In this document: positions 10,178-29,655 of the stretch, one piece after another
Layout: every line of letters begins with the position of its first letter
Position numbering within the stretch: the stretch's first letter is position 1
NCBI GenBank assembly: GCA_024704765.1
Contig: JAKMXF010000111.1
Span: 822,619 to 886,618, forward strand
DNA: 64,000 nt
Reading direction: 5' to 3'
Origin: Oopsacas minuta
Lineage: Eukaryota; Animalia; Porifera
Notes under the pieces: model-generated
Told to the model about the DNA's origin: nothing
The model's input: only the letters and a program-made list of their open reading frames with translations
Database searches by the model: none
Program-made: the position numbers and the translations under genes

Positions 10178-11572
10178 CTACAAATATAAAATTGCTTAAA
10201 GATAATTTATCGGTGCTTGAGAATTATCAGACATATCTATTACAAATACGCATATACAAAAGTCAATACGTATACTAGCTTTCTACCAATTTCATTTTAT
10301 TGAGAGATTGGAATGGACAAAAGTGAAAGTAACAATGAATTGTCCAAACTATAAATAGGCCCGATGATATATTGGTATAAAAGATATAAACTAATTATTG
10401 GCCAAATTACCTAACCTTTCAGGATATTAAATCGATATTTGTATGAACTTTATTAGAAGAAATATAGAAAGATAATTCAATTGAGTAAGTCCAATGTTTC
10501 ATTAGTAGGGGTAGATAAAATTCCTACAACCAGATCTGGTTATAGTGAAATTAGGGAATCTAATGTAAAATACATTAGCTATCCACATTTTCACAATTCC
10601 TGGATCCGCCCTTGATTAGTGAATAGCAATTCTTGTTGCCTTATCCTTCAAAATAGTTGACGAAACAGTAATTGTTAATATGATCACTCCTTATGTGTAG
10701 CCTAAACACTTTACTATTTTTAAGCAATTTCTATATCAGACTTTAATATAACGAAAGTTATTGTCCTTCCATTTGATTGCAATAATTGTAAATATTTTCA
10801 TGAATCTGATCTTTTGATAACAGGTAATCAGTGCAGAGGAGAGTGGTAATGGCAACACAGCAATATTGTCCAAGGAAGGTAAGTTATGACAATAGAGTTA
10901 TTGCAACATATGGATAATTATTCCGTGATTAATATAATTTTAACCTCCCACCGGTTGTGAACATAATTATACAGATATCTTATAGATATGAAAAGCATGT
11001 AGTGTCTTGCTGGCAATAAACAAATCCGAATTGAATATTCAGCAACCAGGTGGAAGCTAAATAGATAAATATCATCAATAAACAGTCAAAGCAGATGTAA
11101 ACAAAGTATCGTATTGCATTTATGGGAAATTATTTGTGTAAATTATTGTGCACCTGTTTCAGCCAGATATGGTAGCATTCTTTAATTTGTGCTACTTGGT
11201 GTTTGGGTATGTCTCACTAAATATAGACAATTTAGAAAGATAGGATCAGATTACCCAAATTATGAACCTTTTCAATTCTCTAAGTTACACCATATATACT
11301 TCAGTATATATAAACATATATTCTAATTTGAGTATTTAATACATTGCATTCTATAACAGAAGATGTATTATTACATCCAAGGTAATTATTTTTTAGAGAT
11401 GAATTCTTTTTCATAAAATTTTCCTCACACGAAAGTAGAATATTTTCTCGATCAGTGAAAACTCTCAGTATGTTATGGTCATGATCGCCACTCGGTTGTT
11501 ACAATCAATCGAAAATTTTCTTGCAAGAATATATCAATTAATGTCCATGGTTCACAATAATGTATACTGTAG

Positions 11573-11747
11573 AATTCTGAGATGTTACAACATATAGAAC
11601 TTGAAGATACAAGATTAACAAAGTCATACGACCAATCTAACTGCAAATCCGTATCAGAACAGGATTATCATACGCCAATCACAAACAGAACATCTTTCTC
11701 ATTCGAAAAGGAAGAGATTTTGAATTCAGGGCAAGAACATATCACAG
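11573..11747 (+). other. Isolated exon-like segment of an unidentified gene
   Basis: Open frame NSEMLQHIELED...GQEHIT bounded by TGTAG and GTATAT. No family recognised and flanking exons unresolved. Confidence 0.3.
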
Positions 11748-12574
11748 GTATATATTAATTAAACTAATGACCACTTACATCATTCCGAAATATTGCTTAA
11801 TTTTAATGTCAACAACAGATAAATGAACTTAGAGATTATCTCTTAAAACAGTACAGCAGATGTAATGAATATTTTTGAAACTTTAGCAGCATAGTAAGAA
11901 TAATTATTTGATGAAATCATGCAGAATAACCCTCAAATTGATTATCTTAATTATATCACCTGTATCGCAACCAATATTTCTCCGGAATAAAATATGATAA
12001 TTTTAAGGAAGATGTTCATTAAATACAAAAATCCACATAATTACATAAAAGAAATTATCATGTCAAAGTAATATCATCAATGCTATATTCGCAAGAGATT
12101 AGCTAGTAGAGTTTATAGTACAAATAAATACAAATGTGATAAGTACTTGCAATTATTACAGATCATATATATAAGAGTACATATTTATTAATTATCTTAT
12201 TGTGTGGGAAAGGTCTGCTCAGTTTCTCAATTATAGAAAAATCACATTTGAGGTTGTTTGCGTATTTTAAAATATATACTACCTGACTCAGATACCATAT
12301 CGGCTCTGTTATAATTATTATAAAACTCTCAACAACAATTTTATTGCGTACAAGTATTAATTAAACTACACAAACACATCTCACTGGTTGAACTCAAGAC
12401 ACATACTTGTTAATGCATTGCTTACAATAATGCAAAATACAATAATTGTATCAATGCAGATTGCTTTAAGTAAATGTGAATTATATTATACAAATTAAAG
12501 GTAACGACAACCAACGCAAGTATCCACAAAAACCACACAGTACACAAACTGAGACACGAGATCGAGTAAAGAAA

Positions 12575-15500
12575 ATGATTAGACAATCTTCAGAAGTTGG
12601 TATGCTACTGCTGGAATCTTCTACTGAACAAGTACATGTACCGAAGAGAGTGCAAGGAATGATTAAGAGAGGATCAGGCCGGATTGAGCATTTGCTACTT
12701 GATGGAGCACATAAAAATAGCCGAAAGGAACCTACAAAGGGATCAGATCACGTGATCAAGAGACATAAAAGCTCACTGCATAATCTCGTAGAACAGTCAC
12801 GCCTTGATACCATCCCCTCACCCTGTGTAGTACAAATAGAACAAGATGTAGAGGATGATATGATTTTCTCTCCAACCGAAAACTTCGGAGTAAGCAGCTT
12901 AGGAACTGTTCCTCTACTACCAGTACAAATATCAGTAACACAACCATCCACACCATCCCCACCATCTACACCAATACCATATAATACCAACAACTATAGC
13001 AAATTTTCTAATTCCAGTTTAACTGGAGATATGATGTCCATGAGTGCCAGTATGGGAAATCTGACAGAACTACCTGAGAGATTGATAGAATCAATCACAC
13101 TCAACCATCGTAAGTTACTATACAGCTACAGAGTCGGTACATCCGATACATCCGTACAGCAGGTCTGATCATTGTAGGAATTATTTTGACCATAGACTGC
13201 TTCCACCGGACCTGTAATATTGTAATTCAAAATAGGCATAATTATTTCTCTGTTTTCAGACAGATTCAGAATTAAATTAGTTGTGAAAGTAAAGTGTATC
13301 CAAATACTACATATGTATTGGTAATTTGGTATATATTTAATAATACTATTTTCATAGCTGAAGAGGTAACCAGACAGCTGGAGAACTTTGGGGAAAACGG
13401 ACCTCCGGAAGCTTTAATAAACCGCGGACTGTGGTACGCATGTGCACACGGGGCAGAGAAGTCAGCAGAAGTTATCATGAACGTATTCCATGGAAATCCA
13501 AATTATGTATACAGAAATGTTCCGTGTATTCAACTAGCTGCAAGACGAGGAAATGTTGCCTTACTAACTCTCATTCTAGATGAATTTCCAGATCTGGTTA
13601 GGAATGTAATGCCTAAAGATGCTTGCGTTAAATTAAATGTACCAAGTGAAACTAGCTATGGAACAAACAAACAATCAGATTCTCCCTCTAGTGATAATGT
13701 GAATTCATCTTCCAGACGGAGCAGTTGTTCATTAGGCGAAAGAAGAAGTAAAGACAAAAAAGGTAAAATGCGTTTTTCGCAGAAAAACACAAAGTTTCGG
13801 GGAGAGGAAGAAAGAAAAAACTCTATTGTAGTCAATTATACGCCCTTGAGTACTCCGCTACACCAAACTACACTCACAAATGATGTGGAAATGACCAAAA
13901 TCATTTTAGAAAAATACAAAGTAAGTACAAGTAAATATCAATAGTAGATACGTACAGTATTTTTAAGTGAAGTACATTAAATATAGGCAGACATAGAAGC
14001 TACAGATTGTGAGAGTAAAACACCTCTGATGTATGCTGCTGAGGAGGGAAGCGTAAATACACTACAATACCTGCTTGAATGTGAAGCCGATATTGAGGTG
14101 AGAGATGCAAATAGGCATACAGCGTTATTACTTGCAGTCAAAAACGGAAATAGACAATGTATACTGTTATTGCTTCAGAAAGGTTTGTATATTTACTTGT
14201 ATATATGTATGTATTTATATTGCGAATTTCTATGCTATAGGGTCAAACGAGAATGCAAAAGACAATAAAGGCAGAGGCCTGTTTGAAATCGCGAAAGATG
14301 AGACTGTGTGTATTTACGTAGCTAAACTACTCGTAAAAGATTCATTAACTGTTAGGCTTCCTCTACATGGATTGGTGAAGAAGGGGTATAGCCATTGCTT
14401 CCAACTTATAGTGGACAATACCATACATTACAGAGGAGATAGTTGTGAGTTTCATATAACAAAAGTACAAAATATAGAAAGCAAATTCACATAGAGTTGG
14501 GATAATACTAACACCTCTATTGCAAATATAATCAAATGTCTAGAACTCCCTACACATGATGATTTTAGCCTTTTGAATAACAGAGCAGAAATATTCTTTG
14601 TTGGTGCTACTACCCCTTGGGTTTAAATTGCAATAACACCAGACTAGAGCCCGCCTTATTTGGATTAATTAATAAGCACTTGACAACTCTAACTATGGAG
14701 TATACGCCAGATGTATTTAGTATTGATTGAGTTAGCTAATCATTGGATTAAGTTGGGAAATCTTGCTTATTAGCCATAACTGGTAAACCGAATATCCTAG
14801 TGATATTAATATGATGTTAGATGAATGCACTGAAATACTATAGCCTGTTGAAAAGTAATCCCTCAATAATAAATTTACACTATTTAAAACAAACAAATTC
14901 TTGAAATAATAGGCAAAATACGTATATTGAAATATTGAAATTAAAGGAATATGAGTCCAAATACACAAAAAAAAAATGGCTCTTATTATGTAGCTTATTG
15001 TCTTCGCGATTTCGGAAATTTAGTCGCAGATGTTAGCCGTGTTTATTTCATGGAATATTCCCACAATTCAGCGACAAACTCGGTACATCCGGTAGAGCAG
15101 GTCCGAAGTATAATCATGAATAAATTGGTATGTCCATTAGCAGGATATGAAAAATCATTAAAAGCAAGAAAATTGCAGCTTACACAAGTGGGAGGATAAA
15201 TAGCTTACAAATACATTCCGTGGTTAAGGAAACTTTGTTGCTTTTATTTGTCTAACATTATAAATATTAATGATTACTAATTGTTAATAAATAATTGATC
15301 ACGTACCTGCGACAATGAAAGTAAGAAATATTCTTTAGAATAAATTGCATAGATTTACATAATTGGAATTTCCAATGATTGGTATTTCCAAATATTATTA
15401 GATTAATGCAACCTGTGGATGAAAATGTCCTTTAATCAGAATATAATTATGCAAGATCTGCCCTAAACTGTGTGTGATAATGGAAAGAAATATGTTAATA

Positions 15501-17545
15501 TTTCAAGTATGTGGGTTTTACTAGGAATTAGCAGTGTAACTCTATTTAAACCATGTGAATATGATAATTGAATGGAAAGTTAAATATTCATCATTGAATT
15601 ATGCAAATTCTCCAAACATATTTGAGATTATTTACTTGTAATTAATATATTTATTAATTAGGATAATTTGCAAATTATTGATCAAACAACTTGTTACAAA
15701 TTCCAAAATAATATTCTACAATTTACACAAAATGATTTTAGGGGAATTCGACTTGAGAACCTTTCAAATGGATGATAACGGAGTACTGCCTGAAAATGAA
15801 TTGGATTATAAAGAGAAGAAACAATCGTTACTGCAGCTGATCAGTAGCAGCGAGAATATGGATTTTGTTGATTGTCTCCCTCTCCGTATTTTAGTATCTC
15901 ACTGGCTATCTAGATATGGGGTTTGGTACATTTTTCTAAAGTTATTCTATTTCATATTAAACATGACAGCTCTATCCTACCTATTCATAAACGCAGCTCA
16001 CGAATCAGCACCGAATAAACACTTCAACTTCAATGGTACCACAAACTCTATACAAGTTATCTGTTTGGTTATCGTACTGTTGGGCTGGTTGATGCATCTT
16101 ATATTTGAAGTTTGTGAGATGGGTCTCAGATGTAAAGCAAGATGGGATAGTATCCGTACAAGACGAAAAGAAACAGAAGGTATGATTGATAATATTAGGA
16201 AATTTCAATAAATATCATCCCTTCTTTGCATTTTTTAGGCAAGATATCTTTACAAATGGACACGATAAACTTATTCCAATCTATTAGCTATGGATTATTC
16301 GATTATCTAAGAAGTTTGCATAATCTAATTGATCTGGTTATAATATCAAGTTTGCCACTGTTTTTAATATTTTGTTATCATAACAGTCCAATACAATGGT
16401 ATTTTGCTTCATTTCTATATTTCAGCCGCTCACTAGAAGTTGTGAAGTTGCTTACAGTGTCTCCATTTGGAATTTACGTACACACAATATGGGCAACATT
16501 ATCAGGAGATCTACCGAAATTTATTTTCATCGTAGCTTTGTCTTTAATCGCATTCATAGGTAATTATTCTAAATAGTAAATAAAGAATATGACGTAATAT
16601 AATATATTTCTTGTTTCAAGGTGCATTATTTATTGCATTCAGAGCTCCTTCCAATGATTACGTAAACCAGACACTCACTATAACTGAGATGGATTTGTTA
16701 CGGCCAGATGGCGAAACGTCTGTGTGGTGGCTTATCATGACTAGTCTCAGATTACTGATCGAGCAGGGGAGTGTTGTTAAAGTCGATTACATCACACTAT
16801 TTAACTGGTTCGCAGTTATTATCTTCTTCCTAATGCTCGGATGGATTCTACTTATACTACGAGTAATATTTATAGCACATGTTTCAAATACTTATGCAGT
16901 TTCTAGGAACAGAGCAGAAAGATATGTTACAGCGTATAAACTTGATTTTCTATTAAAGATGAATGAAAACTCCTTCATTGCTCTCTTCATAGATTTGAAG
17001 AAACGGTTTTACAATCCTACTCTAAAGAAAACAAGAAAAGAAATAAGAAAATATTTTGAATCAGGTAAGTAGTTTGTAGCTATAGAAAACTAGAAAACTT
17101 GTTTTTAGCAATTTTAATATATATCCGTTTAGATAACAGTTATTCACAATGGAACAGCACTTGGGTGGAAAGAGTGGAAGATGCTTTAAATGCTAGAAAG
17201 AAGAGAAACAATATGAGGGTAGCATTGACAGACCCAATAGAGGGTAGACAAGATCATCAATTCGCGGAATATATTTCGGATGGGTCAAAGAAAAGATCAT
17301 GTTCGGTCCTTGATCCTTCTGAGGCAGAAATTGATATAATTTATCGACTACAGAGCAATTTGAAAAGTGAAATGAACATTATATTAGAAGAACATCAACG
17401 GAAAATAGAACAAAACATGATCAATGAACGAAGAGAGATAAATGAAAAAATCGACGATTTGAAGCAGACAACGATTCGAGAAATAGCCAAGCTGGCTAGT
17501 CAGTTTATTGCACACGGTCCTGTGATGTCTGATAGTGATGACTAG
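12575..17545 (+). CDS. Ankyrin-repeat TRP cation channel (TRPV/TRPA-like), spliced
   Basis: Ankyrin repeats (TPLHQTT, TPLMYAAEEG, TALLLAVKNG) in 13338-14446. Transmembrane exons 15742-17064 include S4-S5 linker FGIYVHTIWATLSGDLPKF, pore region and S6; coiled-coil tail to 17545. Linkage of the 12575-13162 exon is inferred. Confidence 0.8.
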
Positions 17546-18121
17546 CAGATCCTCAAAAAATGAGACAACAGACTCATCCCCAAATAGGTATCCAGTTTCA
17601 TTTTTGAAAATTCAGAATGCATTTTATTGAATTAAATATCACACATTATTTTAATGTATAATTATTTGCTTTTCTGTATAAAATCCACACAATTTTTGTA
17701 TGTTTCCAATTTGATGAAATATTAAGTTAATTAACCTTCTACAACTTATCTATTATTAATTTATCATAGTCAAGTTTGGTCGCTTAAGAGGTAAATATTA
17801 TTTATCTCTTCTAAAATATAAAAGTATTTGTATAAGCAAATCTTTATTGTGTTAGATAGGAAGGGGTGGATAGTTGAAGCTTGAAGTTTATACAAAAATG
17901 AATGGAGCACAGTACAATAACTGATGTAACCCAGGTAGGGAAATTGTAATTAGATAGAATGATATCCTCACTTTAGAATAAATAATTAAGATGTCTCAGT
18001 TAAACTCGAGGTTGTGCAATAACATAAGTTCCTTCCTTATAGGTATAATTGAAGTATAAATAGAGCCAAGAAATTCGATATTAGTTCATACAATAATACT
18101 CCAGCTACCGGACTTTTGAGA

Positions 18122-18364
18122 ATGTCTTCAATACCGAGATCCTCTTCTATGTCTTCTCAAAGTTCCCCACAATTCTACCATGATGTAGCTCTTGAATCAG
18201 GGGACTATTACATGCTCGAATTAGCAACTACATGTCTTCCAAAAGCGAGAAGAGCGAGCTCGAATAGTGCTGGGAGACCATCTCCTACTCTGTCAAGCTT
18301 ACAAGGAAAAGTAGAATCTATTCAGCAGAGAATAGAACTACTAAAGAGCCAAAATAATTCTTAA
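18122..18364 (+). CDS. Orphan 80-aa microprotein A (paralog of 21766-22023)
   Basis: Shares ALESGD[YF]YMLELATT and SPT[LM]SSLQ.KVES..QRI..LK blocks with the second copy. TATAAATA at 18055-18062. Confidence 0.75.
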   Translation: MSSIPRSSSMSSQSSPQFYHDVALESGDYYMLELATTCLPKARRASSNSAGRPSPTLSSLQGKVESIQQRIELLKSQNNS

Positions 18365-19570
18365 ACTAACTGGATGAACGCTAATTTCAATCAAACTACA
18401 TTTTCCCACTTTTCAGTTATTTCTATAAACAAAAATACAATGTGTTATATACTATTCTTGAAAAATTAAATCTTGCAATACCAAATATTCCCAAATTAAC
18501 TACGTATGTGTATGTTTAATGTAAATTAGGGAAATATTCATATCACATATTGTTTTTAGAAAAAACACGAAATTTTATTTTTGGCTAGGTGAATTGGTGA
18601 ATTAATTATTTAACAGATAATTATTATTATGAATAATTATGAATTAATAAAGGAAACATTGTATTGCAATTTGGTTTCCGAGGATTGAGTAAATTAGTGG
18701 AAATTGATTAGTAGGTTAATTAATCATATTTTTTCCTATGAAAGGTATTAATAATTAATAGTGCAAACATACATGCGCCATCTGAATTAGTAAGGACTAC
18801 AGTATCACAATTAATTCATTAAATTCAGCAAAATTTGTTTATTTGATTTCATAGTGTGTAGATCAAGTTTTTAGCTGAACTGAAATACAAAACACGCCAT
18901 TGAAGTCAATCGCAGAATGTACAAAAATCTTACATAGCATGTATCATATCATAGACTTAACGGACATTGAATTGTGCAGCCATATTACCTCAAATAATTA
19001 TAGATTTCATTATGAATAATGGCTCTAAATACCCTACATCCAAATAATCAGGAGAGAATATAGTTGGGTAGGTTGTGGTTCGTCGGCAGTTAGCACAAGC
19101 TGTTACTGCTACTTGACATAATGAAAACAAGAGGAATAACACGCAATGAAAAATATGTCAAATTCGAACGAATGGAAACTAATAAAATTATAGTAACATA
19201 TAAGGTGATGAATATATATTACAAGAACAATACTGGAAATCAATTCTCTGAAAATAATCACAATAAATAATCTAGAATTATCATTGACTCGTTACTTAGA
19301 CATTTATGTGAGAATCTCTATGTAATGAGTCTGTGGTCATTTATGTGTGGATTCAAAAGTAATTTGTAGTAAATTAAATCAGAGTAAATAATAGATTGAT
19401 AATTATAATGAGTCCATCAACAGAACAAACATTAGAGAGAGAACTAAGACAGGACTAAGAGGCAACAAAGTAGTTAAAATTATCCTAGATGCACTACTGG
19501 GTTTATGGGAGAGTGCTCATTTGGGAAACATTAGAACTTATTCCTCAAACTCCCATGAGCAAATACGTAT

Positions 19571-24438
<4,868 letters not shown>

Positions 24439-25547
24439 CTAATCACAAAAAGGAAATAAAATAAAATTTGGCGCACAATACAAACGAGTCAAATGAAAAG
24501 TTATTAACTAAAATAGATACTAACGTACTCAAAATTTTACATTATTAATCGATAAGCATAACCACAAAGTACTTGTGAAAGAAAAACGATATAGAAACTT
24601 ACTTTGAAAATATCTAAGCTGTAAAAAGAACTAGGTTTCAAGGTATAAGAATGATGAATTATTTACAAATAAATTTGTTCGTATATCCTCTCATATATAA
24701 AGCTGCGCATTTTCAATGTGTACTATAACAGCTGATAAAATACAAGTTGTAAGCTATGCAAGTCAATATTGTATAAATCTTGCTTCTATCTAAACTAGTT
24801 CTACTAGTTTATCCAGTTGTTCAAGCAAAGCTTGAATACACTAATCTATACATAGACGATTATTACTGAGTGTAAATTATATGAGCTAAGAAACTATGAG
24901 CTTTGATTCAGTGACTCATTCATGAGAGTAGACAATAAATTGTACTGAAGTATATTTATGAAACAATTTCCTGTTGAACAAGGGCATGTAAGCTATAGAG
25001 ATTATTAAATAATTAATAATTACTTCAAAATTGCACCAAATCGATGTAATCATTTGTGGAAAAAGTAGTCAGCATACAAACAGAACTGATTTTAGCGAGT
25101 AAGTGCTTACATAACAGAAGGAGTCGTTTCATGGATCTTAATAATAAATAGAAATTATTGTGTTTGGATCTTAATCTTGTTCACGAGCGTTACCGTATAT
25201 GGTGATAAAGTTTATTAAATTATTAATAATATAATATGTGAATAATATTTGAAATTGATCAGAGAGACAATATAGGGAATCATGTTAAGCAGAATCACAC
25301 TAGCGAGCACACACTATAGGGGTTAATATTCCATGCATTGCATGCACACTGGAATTATTTCCTAAAGTATTGTAACCTAAGAACAGTGATATACATAGAA
25401 ATATGGAAAATATGAGTTAAAAAGTGGGCTAAGGCCAACTATTCAAGAAGCTAGGTTGGAATAATTCCGACCGATCAACAGCCAATAAATGATGCGCTAG
25501 GGTTAATTAATGAGGATTAATTGTGTTTGAGCTTGAGAGAGTAGGAG

Positions 25548-28500
25548 TTATAGGTAAGAGCTAGAAGAAGCGACTGTGTTTTCCTCTACATAACTGTTCG
25601 TCACAACTCCAGGACCTGAATCTATAAAAATTACTGAATATATACACGGTCTGTGTGGAGATAGATATATCCACATGATAATTACATACCACCTAGAGCG
25701 TGATCTGTCATACTCCTGCACAATGATTCTATGTACACATCATTAGTCTGTACGTGATTGAAATCAGCGTTGGTACTATTAGGCAATCCACACTTTACTC
25801 TGTCTGCTAGCGGGACTGAACACAGCATTCCATTATCACAAGTAGACTCTACACAAATTAAACATATTGAAAATACAATAAATGCTTCTATTAATCAGCT
25901 ACTATGCTTTGAAGTATATACCATTAGTTGAATGCTGCTCTGTGAAATATTCTGCTGGATTTTGTTGGTATGGAGATGGAAATGATTTGGCTTTGTTGAT
26001 GTTTGTCTTTACTGGTATATACTATAGAGGTTAACAATATAAAACAACTTGTAAAAAATAACACCAATCTTACATTTGCATACTTTACACTGGGGAAAGA
26101 TCGAACAGCTGTTAGAGGTGGTTGTACTCCCGGGGTTACACAAGAGGGAGAAAGATATGCGTTATGTATAGCTACATGTGGTGGTGTGTGTTTGTTGGGA
26201 GGTCTCCATTGTTTCTGCCCCTTATTAAGAGTAGTAGTTTGTATTGGAGGCTGAGTACCAGCACTCCAGGAGCTAATAGGAATAAGCTGTAAACTGTAGC
26301 ATCATGTGTTATATGTTAATAAACTAACCTCCTTGTCCTTAACACTCTGTTGTCAATTTTCCTATTATTTGTCTTGTTCACGCGAAGTGCTTGTTCGCGA
26401 ATTAGAACTTGATCAAAGAGTTGAGTCTTCCACTCAGCGAATAATACTTTTTGAGGTTCTGAGAATGCCTAGAGTAGTAAGAAATATGAACATTTCCATT
26501 CAAAACACTTATACGCACACCGTTAATGTAAATCTATTCTACTAACCTCGTGGGATATCGCTTTGTCCAGTGTATGAATGAATGCAATCATTGAATCTTC
26601 TTCAAAGTCTGTAAGCATCATCAATTTTGTGTAAACTACAGTTGAGGGATAAATTAATACTGTAAGGGATACCAATAATAATTAATACACACCTTTAGAG
26701 CTGATAATGGTAATCATGGAAGCTAAATCTTCATTGTGAATATCAGATACTTTTGACTGTGACAAGAGACGAGTTCTCTCACTAACTACTATTTCCTCTC
26801 CAGTGCGAAGAGGCGAATCTTTTCTAGAAATGTGCTTTGTTATTTCTTCATCAGGGTTGATTGCTCCATTGAGTGAGGGAGACTCAGGTTCTATCAAGTG
26901 AACCATGGATAAAATATACCATCAATAATTAATTAAAAGAACTTGTCGATAACAAAACAGGTGAAAAACCTCATAGATACTGAAATAAAATCTCACCGTT
27001 TTTATCATTCCTACTTCTATCCAGGTTATACGTAATATCGAGTGGAGATTGAAAGGATAAGCCATTGTTAGAAGATAGACCAGGAGGAGGAGGAGGAGGT
27101 GAGACGGGCATGTAAGGAAGCATGGGTGAAATTACAACTGATCTCAAATCAGTAATTATAGCAGTTAGCTCCTGAGAGTCTGCACAGATGGATGACAAAT
27201 AATCCATATCCTAAAAATAATTATCTAGTTAATATTATGAACTCAAGCTTGCTATTGTATGACAGTACCTGATCTAACTTGTTTAATAACTGAGAACGAG
27301 TTGATAGCTTCTGAATACTCTGAATAATCTTATGCCTAGCACCAGTAGTTACATTCTAAATACACAAAATATTACAGTTATAGAAAATAATCAAAATATA
27401 TATTTCTACGTTAAGCGAGCAAATACCTCACACTCTAGCTTGCTCTCATCCATGTACAGCATTTCCTTGTATGAGAACTGTGAAAATAAGTCCTGATATT
27501 TGTGTAGGCGTAGGCTTTTGAGCCAATTAGGAACTTCTATAGATTATATCGTGAATATTGTGATTGTAGATTTGAATATAAATATCAACTAACCTTGCAT
27601 CCCTGGTACATTAACAAATGTGTCCTGCTTAGAGAACTCGTACTCTCCAGAAGATCCTGAGATAGAGCTACTGTTTGTATTGCCATTACAGACATCAAAG
27701 CTCATAACAATATCAGTAGACTTTTGTTGTGGTGGAGACTGAGAATCAAGGCATTTCTTGCTGAGTGGGTAGCTCAGAGACCGGAAAACAGGTTCAGCTA
27801 TTTGCATAAAATATAAATATTGAAATTAATTTATTATTCATGACTAACCTTTGCTGTCATTATCTTTGGGCCTATGTGGAGCACCATGAAACTGCGGAAC
27901 AATACCATTAGGTAGTCTGAATGCGTTTGGGTGAGAATACTCCCCTTCTGGTTGTTTATTAGGACTCCAAAGCATGTTACTCTGTCTCAGAGGCGTGATA
28001 GGAGGCCCACACCCTTGGTAATCACCTCCATGCTCTGTAACTACGATACCAGAGTCTGATTGTTGTACCGGGATGAGAGGATCATTAGCAGGGGGGGAGA
28101 CAGGTGGATGGGGGTGGGAGTGTGACATGGGAGTAACATTGAGGAGTGGGAAGAAGTTACCAGTCCCAGTAGTAGGACAGTTTGCATGTTGTGGCAGACC
28201 TGAGTGAGAGATAAAATAAAATATGTGACAATTCTAGGCAGTACAAGTACTAGAATTAGCTACCTGGAGAGGAGAGAGCTGGTTGTATTTGAGGGAAGTA
28301 GCTTCCATGGGGAGACATATGGTGTAATGGTCCGTGTGGATGGAACTCCTCCAAAGACTGCTGGGGAGGGATGGGAGGAGGTACACTACCACCCATAATC
28401 AGCATTTGTTGTTTATGCTCCACTGCTCTACTTTTCTCTCTGAGACGAATCAACCAATAGTTGAGTGAGTTCTTATCATCCGGAGGGAAGGCTGGATGTA

Positions 28501-29028
28501 GGACTGATAAACACAGAAGCTGCCAGCATTGATCCAAGTAGTGAGCATGTTCACAAGATCCCAATAATACCTGAAGAAAATACAATAATATCTGCTGTAA
28601 ACATACAGAACTTAATGAACAGTAGTTACCTTAGGTAAGAGATTCATGTATTCTCTACGAGCTAGATGAGAATCAACTTTGAGTAGAGGGAGATGAGATA
28701 ACAAGTGTGAGAGAACAACTTCATCAGGTTCTCTATGTAATCCACTCAAGAAATCTATACAATAAAAGATAACACATATAAACTGTAAGAAACATAATAA
28801 ACATTGAATGTACTGACTGGGTGAGTTAGCCTCTTGCTCTAGAATCTCTACGTCACGTGTATCAGCTGTAGCAGGATGAGACGCTAGGAAGAGAGATAAG
28901 AACTTGGCTTGTATCGAAGAGATGCGGGATAAGAGGTAGCAGAGAGTTATTATCTGTTCACAGCTGGTCCACTCTGAGTACCAGCCAAGTAATGCTCCCA
29001 ACCTTTCCCTGTAGAATGTACTGCACAT
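25548..29028 (-). CDS. SAMD4: Smaug/SAMD4 RNA-binding translational repressor, multi-exon
   Basis: N-terminal domain ([16 protein letters not shown]...HLPLLK...EYMNLLPK), SAM domain ([17 protein letters not shown]) near 27300-27530, C-terminal [13 protein letters not shown]. Stop at 25548 inferred from the last acceptor. Confidence 0.88.
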
Positions 29029-29320
29029 CTCTTCTAGTTACACTGCTACTAAATCTATATTATTTGTATATGAAAGGCTAAGAGCAAAGGGATCTAGCAA
29101 TACCCTCAAAATATTAGAGGGGCTCTTCGTTAAGAAGCAAAAATGGCGTGAGATTTTACATTCGGAGCCGGGAAAAACCGTGAGATTCACTGGGCCACAG
29201 GGGTAGCCCGTGAGAGCTAGCAGCTCTGAGATCGAAGAAGCATATGGACTATGCACTTATCCTTGACTCGCTAGTAAGTACACTAGTTATATGAAATAAT
29301 TACATAATTATTCATATAAT

Positions 29321-29655
29321 AAAAAGTCGAGTGTGCATGCTCAAAAATCAAAGTCGAGGGTGCATCCTGGACATCCAACATGCCTCCTGGAATATTGGAT
29401 GGTGTGTTTTGAGTGTCAATTACCGCAGGATATTGCTGTTTATGGCATTAGCTATAGGAGAAGAGTTACTATGTGTTGAATGAGTGCATTTATACTCACT
29501 ATAAGTGGAGAGAATTTGGCATTCTTTCTTGGATTCGTTACTGTATATGGAATTCTCCACAAACCTGTATGCATGTATCATGCATACTCGACCCACTCAA
29601 CACAACACAGGGTAGTGTGCATGCTAACTCTGCGACCATGCACACTCGACTTTTT
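29321..29655. mobile_element. MITE-like element with 19-bp terminal inverted repeats and internal subrepeats
   Basis: AAAAAGTCGAGTGTGCATG at 29321-29339 and its exact reverse complement at 29637-29655. Inner degenerate copies near 29349 and 29580. Confidence 0.6.

Noticed and set aside
14951-15199. 82-aa ORF inside a TRP intron
   Set aside because: No recognisable motif, paralog or splice support; it may be chance or TE debris.
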